A stretch of DNA of 32,000 nucleotides from Mycolicibacterium smegmatis (GTDB lineage Bacteria; Actinomycetota; Actinomycetes; Mycobacteriales; Mycobacteriaceae): positions 2,910,001 to 2,942,000 of the forward strand of contig NZ_LN831039.1 in NCBI RefSeq assembly GCF_001457595.1, in the 5' to 3' direction. How positions within the stretch are numbered: position 1 is the first letter of the stretch; each line of letters opens with the position of its first letter. The notes under the pieces were generated by a model, which saw nothing but the letters and a program-made list of their open reading frames with translations, had not been told where the DNA came from and did not search any database. Of the stretch, positions 10,090-18,955 are shown piece by piece. A program made the position numbers and the translations under genes.

Positions 10090-10872
10090 CTACCCACGGA
10101 CGTAACGCGTGTACAAGTAGCCCTCGTCGTCGGTCAGCAGGTGCGACACCCGCATCCGGGTCCGCGCCTGCCCGATACCGGCCGCGATGCGTGGCGCCCC
10201 GCCGCCGACGAGGACCGGGGCGATGGTCAGGCACAGCTCGTCGAGCAGGTCGTGTTCGATCAGCAGACCCAGCAGGCTCGGCCCGCCCTCGGTGAGCACC
10301 CGGAACAGCTTGCGCTCGGCCAGGATCTGCAGCGCCCGCGCCGGGTCGACGCGCGTGCGGTCGGCGCCCGAGGCGTCGAGCACCTCGGCCACCCCGCCCA
10401 GCCGGCGGCGCGCGTCCGAGACGGTGTGCGCGGTCGTGAGGATCAGGGGGCGCACCTCGGTGCGGGTGAAGATCTTGGCGTCGGGTTCCAGATCGGCCGA
10501 CGCGGTGACGATCGCGATCGGCGGCACCTCGGCCTGACCGCGGCGCTGCCGCGCCTGCCGCTGCGGCACCGACAGCTGCACGCCCGAGTAGTTCTCGATG
10601 CGCACCGTCGATGCGCCCATGAGAATCACGTCGGCGGTCTCGCGCATGAGATTGAACACAGCCCGGTCACCGGCGCCGCCGAGGCCACCGGACTTGCCGT
10701 CCTGTGTCGCGGCGCCGTCGAGGCTGACGATCATGTTCGCTCTCACGCGACATTTCCGCAGGTCGTCGGGGTAGGCGTAGAACCGCGTTGTCAGTTCGTC
10801 GTCGCCGCTGCCGACGGTTCTGCCGCCCGCCGTGAGCTCGGTGAACCGGGCCGGGGCGGTGTCATCGGACAT
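10090..10872 (-). CDS. ribD: RibD C-terminal-domain reductase (Rv2671-like pyrimidine reductase)
   Basis: 260 aa; RANMIVSLDGAATQDGKSGGLGG, DVILMGASTVRIENY, RVLTEGGPSLLGLLIEHDLLDELCLTIAPVLVGG. Confidence 0.88.
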   Translation of the reverse strand: MSDDTAPARFTELTAGGRTVGSGDDELTTRFYAYPDDLRKCRVRANMIVSLDGAATQDGKSGGLGGAGDRAVFNLMRETADVILMGASTVRIENYSGVQLSVPQRQARQRRGQAEVPPIAIVTASADLEPDAKIFTRTEVRPLILTTAHTVSDARRRLGGVAEVLDASGADRTRVDPARALQILAERKLFRVLTEGGPSLLGLLIEHDLLDELCLTIAPVLVGGGAPRIAAGIGQARTRMRVSHLLTDDEGYLYTRYVRG

Positions 10873-10906
10873 GAACTGAATTTGAGCACGTCGTTACGCT
10901 TCCTGC

Positions 10907-11944
10907 ATGCACGGGTCCAGCGGTGTCGCTTCTCTTTCCGATCGTCGTCCCTCCGTCACCCCCGAACGGTTGGTCGCCGAACTGGTGCCGCCGCCCACCT
11001 TCGCCGACGTCAGCTTCGACAGCTACCGGCCCGATCCGGCCGAACCGACGCAGGCCGCCGCGGTGCAGTCGTGCCGGCAGTTCTGCGAACAGGCCGCCGA
11101 GCGGCGTGCGGGCAAGAAGAAGTTGTTCGGCAAGCGCGAGGTGCTGCCCGGCGTCGGCCTGTACCTCGACGGCGGATTCGGTGTCGGCAAGACCCACCTT
11201 CTGGCCTCGACCTACTACACGCTCTCGCAGGGCAACGCCAAGACCGCGTTCGCGACCTTCGGCGAACTGACCCAGCTGGCAGGCGTGTTCGGCTACAACG
11301 AGTGCATCGACCTGCTGGCCGAGTACGTGGTGGTGTGCATCGACGAGTTCGAACTCGACGACCCGGGCAACACGACGCTGATCTCGCGGCTGCTGTCGGC
11401 TCTCGTGGAGCGTGGCGTGTCGATCGCGGCGACGTCCAACACGCTGCCCGAGCAGCTGGGCGAGGGCCGGTTCGCCGCGCAGGACTTCCTGCGCGAGATC
11501 AACACGCTGGCAAAGATTTTCACGACCGTGCGCATCGAGGGCCCCGACTATCGGCACCGCGATCTGCCGCCCGCGCCGGAGCCGCTTTCGGACGCCGAGG
11601 TGGCCGAGCGCGCGGGCGGGGTCGACGGCGCGACGCTCGACGACTTCGACGCGCTGTGCGCGCACCTGGCCACCATGCACCCATCGCGTTACCACGCGCT
11701 GATCGAGGGCGTGTCCGAGGTGTTCATCACCGGGGTGCACCCGATCGAGGACCAGAGCGTGGCGCTGCGTCTCGTGGCACTGACCGACCGGCTCTACGAC
11801 GCGGGCATCCCGGTGCTGGCGTCCGGGACCAAGCTGGACACCATCTTCAGCGACGAGATGCTCGCGGGCGGGTTCCGCAAGAAGTACCTGCGCGCGACGT
11901 CACGCCTGCTGGCGCTGACCGCCGCGGCGCAGGAGAAGGCCTGA
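10907..11944 (+). CDS. zapE: AFG1/ZapE family ATPase (Rv2670c-like)
   Basis: 345 aa; Walker A LDGGFGVGKTHLL, Walker B VVCIDEFELDDPGN, C-terminal ALRLVALTDRLYDAGIPVLASG. Confidence 0.9.
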   Translation: MHGSSGVASLSDRRPSVTPERLVAELVPPPTFADVSFDSYRPDPAEPTQAAAVQSCRQFCEQAAERRAGKKKLFGKREVLPGVGLYLDGGFGVGKTHLLASTYYTLSQGNAKTAFATFGELTQLAGVFGYNECIDLLAEYVVVCIDEFELDDPGNTTLISRLLSALVERGVSIAATSNTLPEQLGEGRFAAQDFLREINTLAKIFTTVRIEGPDYRHRDLPPAPEPLSDAEVAERAGGVDGATLDDFDALCAHLATMHPSRYHALIEGVSEVFITGVHPIEDQSVALRLVALTDRLYDAGIPVLASGTKLDTIFSDEMLAGGFRKKYLRATSRLLALTAAAQEKA

Positions 11945-11945
11945 G

Positions 11946-12476
11946 TCAGACCGGGCGCACCATCACGTAGTCGTTCTCGATGCCGGCGCCGAGCCGAAAG
12001 GTCTTGGTGCCGTTGATGGTGAAGCCGTGCTTGGAGTAGAACCGCTGCGCGCGCTCGTTCTGCTGGTTGACGCCGAGCCACACACAGCTCATGTCGAGTT
12101 CGGCCGCCCTGGTCAGGGTCGCGGTCATCAGCGCGGTGGACGCGCCGGTGCCGTGCCGGTCCGCCAGCACGTAGATCTTCGACAGTTCCAGCGCCGGGCG
12201 GGCCGGGACGGCGCGCTGCACGTCGGCGTCGTCGGGGACACCGCGGATGAGCATCGCGTAACCGATGATCGACGAATCCTCGCGCGCCACAAGCACAGTG
12301 CGGTCGGGGTCGGCGAGGTAGTCGCCGAAACGCCGCTCCGACAGGGTCTCTTCGATGAACGCCGCGATGTTGTCCGGGGTCGCCGAGGGCGGGCACGCCA
12401 GGGGGAAGGTGGCGGCGGCCACGGACGCGAGTTCGGGAAGGTCCGCGGGTTGGGCGATGTCGACGACGACGGGCAT
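11946..12476 (-). CDS. GNAT family N-acetyltransferase (Rv2669-like)
   Basis: Start MPVVVDIAQPADLPEL (cat 12474-12476); ELSKIYVLADRHGTGASTALMTATLTRA and NERAQRFYSKHGFTINGTKTFRLG are GNAT motifs. Confidence 0.88.
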   Translation of the reverse strand: MPVVVDIAQPADLPELASVAAATFPLACPPSATPDNIAAFIEETLSERRFGDYLADPDRTVLVAREDSSIIGYAMLIRGVPDDADVQRAVPARPALELSKIYVLADRHGTGASTALMTATLTRAAELDMSCVWLGVNQQNERAQRFYSKHGFTINGTKTFRLGAGIENDYVMVRPV

Positions 12477-12480
12477 GCCG

Positions 12481-13014
12481 TCAGGGTAGCGGCGCCCCCG
12501 GCTGCCACAGATTCCACTGCGCCAGATGCTGTCCGGTCTTGCGGTCGGTGAGCACCACATTGGTGACCAGTGCGCGGTAGACGTCCCAGTACACGTCGCC
12601 GTTGACCGTCGCGCCAGGGGGAGCGTTGCGCAGCGCGAGTTCCAGCGCGTTGGGCGCGTCGGTGTGCTTGGGCTGGTACGCGTCGGCGTACGGGGTCACG
12701 CCGTTGAAGTTGAACGACAGTGCCATCGCGTACGGGGTGGGGGAGGACACCGTCGTGACGGTCACCGGTGCCCGCCAGGGGCTGCCTTGTGCCCGCCAGC
12801 GCGGGGAACCGTTCCAGCCCCAACCGGGCGGCACCTCGGAGGCGAGGACGTCGTGCACGGTGACGTCGGCGACGATGCCGTTGTGGTCGACGCGCAGCGT
12901 CTCACCGATCCGCCCGATCGGGGTTCCCGCGGCGGCCGCGTGCGGGGCCGTGAGCCCGGCGAGGACCGTCAGGGCGGAGACCAGGAGTGCGAACCAGCGA
13001 GCCATGCCACGCAT
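12481..13014 (-). CDS. secreted protein of unknown function (Rv2668-like)
   Basis: Signal peptide MRGMARWFALLVSALTVLAGLTAPHAAAA; mature part resembles an extracellular immunoglobulin-like module. Start 13014 or 13005. Confidence 0.75.
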   Translation of the reverse strand: MRGMARWFALLVSALTVLAGLTAPHAAAAGTPIGRIGETLRVDHNGIVADVTVHDVLASEVPPGWGWNGSPRWRAQGSPWRAPVTVTTVSSPTPYAMALSFNFNGVTPYADAYQPKHTDAPNALELALRNAPPGATVNGDVYWDVYRALVTNVVLTDRKTGQHLAQWNLWQPGAPLP

Positions 13015-13052
13015 GATCGCACAGACTGAAACGTGTTACAGCCGCTTGGGCG

Positions 13053-13484
13053 TCACGACACCCAGGGGCCGACGCCGCCGACCTTGTCGATGCGGATGCG
13101 GGTGAGCCACCCTTCGGGGGCGTCTTCCGGCGGAAATCCGGAGTCCGGTGCGGCCAGGGTCTGCGCGAGTCTCTTCAGCAGATCCTTGGCGCCGCCCTCG
13201 ACGATCCGTGCGGTTCCCGTGATGGACAGGTACGGGCGCATCACCTTGCCGACCTTGCCCGGGTCGGCGATCGTGACGGCCACGCGCGGGTCGCGGCGCA
13301 CGTTGCGCACCTTCTTGTGCTCGGACAGGTGCGCGGTGACCAGTTCGTCACCGTCGGGGGTGGACTCGAAGGCGACCCACACCAGCGTGGCCTGTGGGCT
13401 GCCGTCTGGGTTGAGGGTGACCAGGGTGGCGTCGGCACCGTTCCCGATGAATTCACGCGCGGCGTCGTTGAGTTTCATGACCAC
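13053..13484 (-). CDS. pyridoxamine 5'-phosphate oxidase-fold, F420/FMN-binding protein
   Basis: LVWVAFESTPDGDELVTAHLSEHKKVRNVRRDPRVAVTIADP, typical of the mycobacterial F420-dependent split-barrel family. Confidence 0.8.
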   Translation of the reverse strand: MVMKLNDAAREFIGNGADATLVTLNPDGSPQATLVWVAFESTPDGDELVTAHLSEHKKVRNVRRDPRVAVTIADPGKVGKVMRPYLSITGTARIVEGGAKDLLKRLAQTLAAPDSGFPPEDAPEGWLTRIRIDKVGGVGPWVS

Positions 13485-13520
13485 TATCTACAGTGGCGCG
13501 GCCGCGTACATTCCCGCGTT

Positions 13521-14255
13521 TCACTCCGCCGGTTTGGTCATGAACGGTTCCAGCGCGGTGCGCAGGTCGGCCTCGAAGCGTTCGGCGTCGACCCCGAGCC
13601 GGTGCAGCGGCCCGTCCCCGTCCTCGGCGTCGACGAGCGCGAGCAGGATGTGCTCGGTCCCGATGTAGTTGTGGCCCAGACGAAGTGCCTGACGGAAGGT
13701 CAGCTCCAGGGCCTTCTTGGCTGCCGTGTCGAACGGGATCAGCGCGGCGGCCTCGCCGGTCGACGGTGGCAGCGTCACGGCCGCGCGCACCGCGTCGGCG
13801 TCGACGCCCTGGCCGGCCAGCAGCTTGGCGGCCAGGCCCTCGGTGTCGGCGAACAGTCCCAGAAGCAGGTGGTCTGGCGTGATCTCGGCGTTGCGCGCGT
13901 CGTGTGCGAGGTTGTGGGCGACGACGATGACGTTGCGGGCGCGCGGCGTGAACCGGCCGAACCCCTCCTCCGGGTTGAGCGCGGTCGGGTCGAAGTCGGG
14001 CACCTTGGGGACGAAACGCTTCTGGGCGGCCTGCTTGGTGACGCCCATGCACTTGCCGATCTCGGTCCACGACGCGCCCGAGCGGCGCGCCTGGTCGACG
14101 AAATGACCGATCAGGTGGTCGGCGATCTCGCCGAGCGCGTCGGCCGCGATGACGGCGTCGGTGAGTTGTTCGAGCGGTTCGGTGTGCGCGTGCTTGATGC
14201 CGTCGATGAGGTCGTCGAGGCGGACGGGGTTGGTGATCTTGGCGTGTTCGACCAT
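13521..14255 (-). CDS. clpC2: ClpC2: Clp N-domain protein with HTH-like N-terminal segment, no AAA+ modules
   Basis: Start MVEHAKITNPVRLDDLIDG (cat 14253-14255). HLIGHFVDQARRSGASWTEIGKCMGVTKQAAQKRFVP, then Clp_N repeats FTPRARNVIVVAHNLAHDARNAEITPDHLLLGL and LRLGHNYIGTEHILLAL. An alternative upstream start at 14291 is possible. Confidence 0.87.
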   Translation of the reverse strand: MVEHAKITNPVRLDDLIDGIKHAHTEPLEQLTDAVIAADALGEIADHLIGHFVDQARRSGASWTEIGKCMGVTKQAAQKRFVPKVPDFDPTALNPEEGFGRFTPRARNVIVVAHNLAHDARNAEITPDHLLLGLFADTEGLAAKLLAGQGVDADAVRAAVTLPPSTGEAAALIPFDTAAKKALELTFRQALRLGHNYIGTEHILLALVDAEDGDGPLHRLGVDAERFEADLRTALEPFMTKPAE

Positions 14256-14257
14256 GC

Positions 14258-14304
14258 CGTCAACGTTAGGTTGACGATGATTCGGCGTCAACCTCGGGTT
14301 GACG
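14258..14304. promoter_or_regulatory. two tandem perfect palindromes CGTCAAC-N5-GTTGACG (candidate clpC2 operator)
   Basis: Copy 1 14258-14276 (CGTCAACgttagGTTGACG), copy 2 14286-14304 (CGTCAACctcggGTTGACG), centres 28 bp apart, immediately upstream of the clpC2 ATG and in the clpC2/sensor-kinase intergenic region. Confidence 0.72.
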
Positions 14305-14356
14305 ATCTTGAGGTCGGGGGCGCAGGGCCGCGCGGCGGATCGGGCAAGATAGCGCC

Positions 14357-15754
14357 GTGACTTTCGAAGAGCGCATGATCCGCCTGCTGCGGCCCGTACT
14401 GCGGCCGGTGATGCGGGTGCTGTCGTTGCGCACGATCGTCATCGTCGCCGCGCTGTCCGTGGTGGTCCTGGTGCTCACGCTCGGCACCTGGGTGTGGATC
14501 GGCGTCACCAACGACCAGTACGCCCAGTTGGACCGGCGCCTGGATTCGCTCAGCAGCCTCGGCGACGTCAGCACGCTGCTCAACAGCACGCGCGAGACCG
14601 ACGCCGACAACGCCGGCCACGACGACGGCGGGCTGGTGCGCACCGCGTACATCGGCGGCGTCACGGTCTCGGTGCCCAGCGACATCGTGCTGCCGCACCT
14701 GGAGAACGGGTACGCCAACACCACGATCGACGGCGTCGAATACCGCGTGCGGACCTTCACCGCGGGCCCGGCGACCATCGCGCTGGGCGCGCCGCTGGCC
14801 GAGACGCAGCGGCGCATCGACGAACTGCATCTGCGCGTGGTGCTGATCTGCGCGGGCGTCATCGCGGGCACCGTGGTGGTCGGCTGGGTGATCTCGCTGG
14901 TGATGATCAACCCGTTCCGCCTGCTGGCCCAGCAGGCGCGTGCCATCAACGCGCAGTCCAACCCAGAAGAGGTCAAGGTGCGCGGCGTGCGTGAGGCCGT
15001 CGAGATCGCCGAGGCCGTCGAGGGGATGCTCGCGCGCATCGGCAGCGAACAGGAACGCACCAAGGCCGCCCTGGAATCCGCGCGCGATTTCGCGGCGGTC
15101 GCCTCGCACGAACTGCGAACGCCGCTGACGGCGATGCGCACCAACCTCGAGGTGCTCTCGACGCTGGACATGACCCCCGAACAGCGGCAGGAGGTGATCG
15201 GCGACGTCATGCGGACCCAGAGCCGCATCGAGGCCACCCTCACCGCGCTCGAACGCCTCGCGCAGGGTGAGCTGACCACGGTCGAGGACTTCGTCCCGAT
15301 GGACGTCACCGAACTGCTCGACCGCGCCGCGCACGACGCGCAGCACACCTATCCGGGGCTCAAGGTCACGCTCATGCCGTCGCCGACGGTGCTCATGCTG
15401 GGTATGCCCGCGGGGCTGCGCCTGGTGATCGACAACGCGATCGCCAACGCGGTCAAGCACGGGGGCGCCACCGAGATCCGGCTGAGCGCGGTCAGTTCGG
15501 CCGACGACGTCGAGATCGCGGTCGACGACAACGGATCCGGCGTGCCCGAGGCCGAACGCGCGGAGGTGTTCGAACGCTTCGCGCGGGGTTCGACGGCGTC
15601 GCGCTCAGGCTCGGGGCTGGGGCTCGCGCTGGTCGCCCAGCAGGCCGAATTGCACGGTGGCAAAGCCGCTCTGGAGGAGAGCCCGCTCGGTGGGGCGCGT
15701 CTGCTGCTGCGGTTGCCGATCAACCGGTCCCGCGGCGACGACGCCTCGTTCTGA
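14357..15754 (+). CDS. PrrB-like membrane sensor histidine kinase (orphan in this neighbourhood)
   Basis: 465 aa; TM1 LRTIVIVAALSVVVLVLTLG, VWIGVTNDQYAQLDRRLDSL, H-box DFAAVASHELRTPLTAMRTNLEVLSTLD, N-box NAIANAVKHGG, G-box GSGLGLALVAQQAELHGG. GTG start. Confidence 0.92.
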   Translation: MTFEERMIRLLRPVLRPVMRVLSLRTIVIVAALSVVVLVLTLGTWVWIGVTNDQYAQLDRRLDSLSSLGDVSTLLNSTRETDADNAGHDDGGLVRTAYIGGVTVSVPSDIVLPHLENGYANTTIDGVEYRVRTFTAGPATIALGAPLAETQRRIDELHLRVVLICAGVIAGTVVVGWVISLVMINPFRLLAQQARAINAQSNPEEVKVRGVREAVEIAEAVEGMLARIGSEQERTKAALESARDFAAVASHELRTPLTAMRTNLEVLSTLDMTPEQRQEVIGDVMRTQSRIEATLTALERLAQGELTTVEDFVPMDVTELLDRAAHDAQHTYPGLKVTLMPSPTVLMLGMPAGLRLVIDNAIANAVKHGGATEIRLSAVSSADDVEIAVDDNGSGVPEAERAEVFERFARGSTASRSGSGLGLALVAQQAELHGGKAALEESPLGGARLLLRLPINRSRGDDASF

Positions 15755-15757
15755 CGG

Positions 15758-16435
15758 TCAGCCCTGCGGGTCGGGCGTCTGCGCCAGCAGGTCGTCGAGG
15801 AACCCGCCGGCTTCGCGGCCTGCGCGCTCGACGTCACCCGCGGCGATGGCCTCGACGAGCCCGCGGTGGCTGACCTTGCCGTCGGGCCGGGCGCTCGCGG
15901 TGGCCACGCTGGCGGTGATCGCCTCGATCAGGCCCCGGTAGAGCTCGATGAGCACGCTGTTGTGCGACGCGCGCACCACTGCGAGGTGGAATGCGGTGTC
16001 GCTGTGCACGAAGTCGTCGTCGTCGGAGGTTTCGGTGCGGTCCAGGAACGCGCGCAGCTCGGCAAGATCGGCGTCGGTGCGGTTGCTCGCGGCCAGCCGC
16101 GCGCCCTCGACTTCGAGGCAGCGTCGCACCTGGAGCACCTCGCGCAGTTCCGAGCCGCACAGCCGGCGCAGTGCGCCGGAGACTTCGCTGGTGGCACGCA
16201 CGTAGGTGCCGTCGCCCTGGCGAACCTCCAGGATGCCGCTGTGGGCGAGCGCCCGGACGGCCTCGCGGAGCGTGTTGCGGCCGACGCCGAGGGTGTCGGC
16301 GAGTTCCGGTTCGGTGGGGATCTTCGTTCCGACGGGCCATTCCCCGGAGCTCACCGAGGCACGAAGTTGCTCGATCACCTGATCGACCAGTCCCGTCCGG
16401 CGGGTGGACGCGAGCGGCACGGATAACCCTTTCAT
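15758..16435 (-). CDS. FadR/FCD subfamily GntR transcriptional regulator
   Basis: 225 aa; winged-helix VIEQLRASVSSGEWPVGTKIPTEPELADTLGVGRNTLREAVRALAHSGILEVRQGDGTYV followed by an all-helical FCD domain. Confidence 0.93.
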   Translation of the reverse strand: MKGLSVPLASTRRTGLVDQVIEQLRASVSSGEWPVGTKIPTEPELADTLGVGRNTLREAVRALAHSGILEVRQGDGTYVRATSEVSGALRRLCGSELREVLQVRRCLEVEGARLAASNRTDADLAELRAFLDRTETSDDDDFVHSDTAFHLAVVRASHNSVLIELYRGLIEAITASVATASARPDGKVSHRGLVEAIAAGDVERAGREAGGFLDDLLAQTPDPQG

Positions 16436-16466
16436 CCAATCATGGGATGTATGGGACCCTAGCGGA

Positions 16467-17720
16467 GTGAACCGGAACGTGCCCAGAAACTCTCTCGACA
16501 GCTATGAGCACGACCTGGAGCTCGAGATCGACGGGGCCGCGGAGTTCCGCGCACCCGCGATGGCCGCGGGCGGTGTGCTCCTGGCCGTCGCCGTGGTGCT
16601 GACGGCGCTGAACCTGCGGCCCGCGATCACCAGCGTCGGCCCGCTGCTGGGGGACATGCGGTCGGACCTGGGCGCCTCCGGGGTGTGGGCCGGCGTGCTC
16701 ACCACCATGCCCGGGCTGTGTTTCGCCGCGGCCGGTCTGGCCGCCCCCTGGCTTGCGCGCAAACTCGGTCTGGGATGGGCGATCTCGCTGGCCATGGGGG
16801 TGCTGACCGTCGGACTGCTGGTGCGTGTGCTCGACGGCGCGCTGGTGGTGCTGGGCGGGACGCTGGTCGCCACGGGCGGCATCGCCCTGATCAACGTGCT
16901 GATCCCGGTGGTCATCAAGGGTTCGTTCCCGGCCCGCATCGGCTTGATGACGGGCATCTACACCGCGGCCCTGCAGGGCGGCGGCGCATTGGGTTCGGGC
17001 GTGACGTCGCCGCTTCAGGACGTGCTCGGCGGATGGCGCGAGGCGCTGGGAAGCTGGACCGTGCTGGCGCTGGCCGCACTGGTGGTGTGGCTTCTGGCCG
17101 CACGCAGCATCCACGGTGCCCGCACCACTCCCATGACCGCGTCCGGCAAGAGCCGGTCGTTGCTCCGGAACCCGCTGGCGTGGACGGTGACGCTGTTCTT
17201 CGGCTGCCAGGCGTTCCTGGCCTACATCGTGATGGGCTGGCTGCCAGAGGTGTTCATCGACAGCGGTGTCGGCAAGACCCAGGCCGGGCTGCTCGTCGGC
17301 CTGGTGTCACTGCTCGCGGTGCCCATCAGCCTGGTGGTCGCGCCGCTGGCCGCGCGCCAGTCCGGTCAGACCGGATGGATCGTCGGCCTCGGCGTGGTGG
17401 GGTTCGCCGGAATGGTCGGTCTGCTGGTCGACCCGGGTGCCGCGCCGCTGTTGTGGAGCGTGCTCGTGGGTCTCGGCATGAGCGTGTTCTCGTTGGCGCT
17501 CACCGTGATCGCGTTGCGTGCCCGCACCGCCGACGACACCGCGCAGCTGTCCGGGATGGCGCAGGGCTTCGGCTACCTGCTGGCCGGTTTCGGCCCGTTC
17601 CTGTTCGGTCTGCTGCACGACGTGACCGGCGGGTGGACCGCGCCGTGGGCCCTGGTGCTGGCGGTCTATCTCGTGCAGATGGGGGCCGGAGCCCTCGCGG
17701 GTCGCAACCGCTACGTCTGA
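16467..17720 (+). CDS. MFS transporter, CynX/NimT (cyanate/nitroimidazole transporter-like) family
   Basis: 12-TM protein; LTALNLRPAITSVGPLLGDMRSDLGASGVWAGVLTTMPGLCFA, LINVLIPVVIKGSFPARIGLMTGIY. GTG 16467 preferred because the track start (16404) overlaps the divergent regulator. Confidence 0.88.
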   Translation: MNRNVPRNSLDSYEHDLELEIDGAAEFRAPAMAAGGVLLAVAVVLTALNLRPAITSVGPLLGDMRSDLGASGVWAGVLTTMPGLCFAAAGLAAPWLARKLGLGWAISLAMGVLTVGLLVRVLDGALVVLGGTLVATGGIALINVLIPVVIKGSFPARIGLMTGIYTAALQGGGALGSGVTSPLQDVLGGWREALGSWTVLALAALVVWLLAARSIHGARTTPMTASGKSRSLLRNPLAWTVTLFFGCQAFLAYIVMGWLPEVFIDSGVGKTQAGLLVGLVSLLAVPISLVVAPLAARQSGQTGWIVGLGVVGFAGMVGLLVDPGAAPLLWSVLVGLGMSVFSLALTVIALRARTADDTAQLSGMAQGFGYLLAGFGPFLFGLLHDVTGGWTAPWALVLAVYLVQMGAGALAGRNRYV

Positions 17721-17799
17721 TCGGTCACAAAGCGACGTTGTGGCCCCACAATCACGTGGTGCCTACCGCGAGGCACCGGGCTTCGGCAGCATCGGTGAG

Positions 17800-18950
17800 G
17801 TGAGCATCGACATCAGCCTCGACCCCGACACCGCTTTCGACACCGCACCACGCCCGTTCCACCTCGCGTGGTGTGCCCAACCACCGCGCCGCGCTTCGAT
17901 GTTCGCCCACATCACGCCCAACTGGTTCGCCTCGGTGATGGGCACCGGCATCGTCGCGACGGCCGCGGTGACCCTGCCCGTGCAGGCATCCGGTCTGCGC
18001 GCCTTCGCCACCGCGGTCTGGATCCTGGCCGCGGCCCTGCTGGTGGCGCTCACTGCCGCGTTCACGACGCACTGGATGCGGCACCGCCACCATGCCGTGG
18101 GCTATGCGAATCACCCTGTCATGGCCCAGTTCTACGGCGCCCCGGCGATGGCGCTGCTGACCGTCGGCGCTGGATCACTACTCCTCGGCCCCGCGGTGAT
18201 CGGCGAGTCTGCCGCCGTTCGGCTCGGCGTGGCGCTGTGGGTGGCCGGCACCGGTCTCGGACTCGCTGTGGCCGTGGTGATCCCGTACCGGATGATCACC
18301 CGGTGCGGTCGAGAAGTGGCGGCGGTGCCTGCCTGGATGATGCCGGTGGTGCCGCCGATGGTCTCCGCGTCCACCGGGGCATTGCTGCTCGGTCATCTCG
18401 GCCCCGGGCAGGCGGGGGAGACGCTGCTCATGGCGTGTTACGCGATGTTCGGGCTCAGCCTGCTGGTGGGGTTCGTGACCGTGACGATGGTCTACTCGCG
18501 GTTGATGCACGGCGGTCTGCCCGAGATGCAGGCCATCCCGACCGTCTGGATCGTGCTGGGTGTCATCGGTCAGTCGATCACCGCGACGAATCTTCTTGCC
18601 GCCCACGCCTCATCAGTGGTCACCGATACCTCCGTGGTGAGCGCACTCCACGCGTTCGGGATCGTGTACGGGGTGGTGATGGGCGGGTTCGGGGCCTTTG
18701 TGTTCTGCGTGGCGGCCGCGTTGACGGTGCACGCCGCGCGGCGCGGGTTGTCGTTCACGCTGACGTGGTGGAGTTTCACGTTCCCCGTCGGCACGTGCGT
18801 GACCGGTGCGTCGGCGCTGGGGCCGCGACCGGGGCGGTGGTGTTCTCGGGCCTTGCCGTGCTGCTCTACGTCGCGTTGCTGGTGGCGTGGGTCACCGTCG
18901 CCATGCACACGGTGCGCGGTGTGGCATCCGGGCGGTTGCTGGCGGGCTGA
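17800..18950 (+). pseudogene. TDT/SLAC1/TehA-like C4-dicarboxylate/sulfite-type transporter with apparent -1 frameshift near the 3' end
   Basis: Frame 1 encodes ANWFASVMGTG-type TDT protein (HITPNWFASVMGTGIVATAAVTLPVQASG...FPVGTCVTGASALG), then coding continues in frame 0 (AATGAVVFSGLAVLLYVALLVAWVTVAMHTVRGVASGRLLAG*). Slip at the GGGG run 18819-18822. Start 17800 (GTG) or 17740. Confidence 0.82.
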
Positions 18951-18955
18951 GCCGT

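Noticed and set aside
10060-11970. 636-aa plus-strand ORF
   Set aside because: Antisense to the ribD-like gene and frame-shadow of the ZapE ATPase gene.
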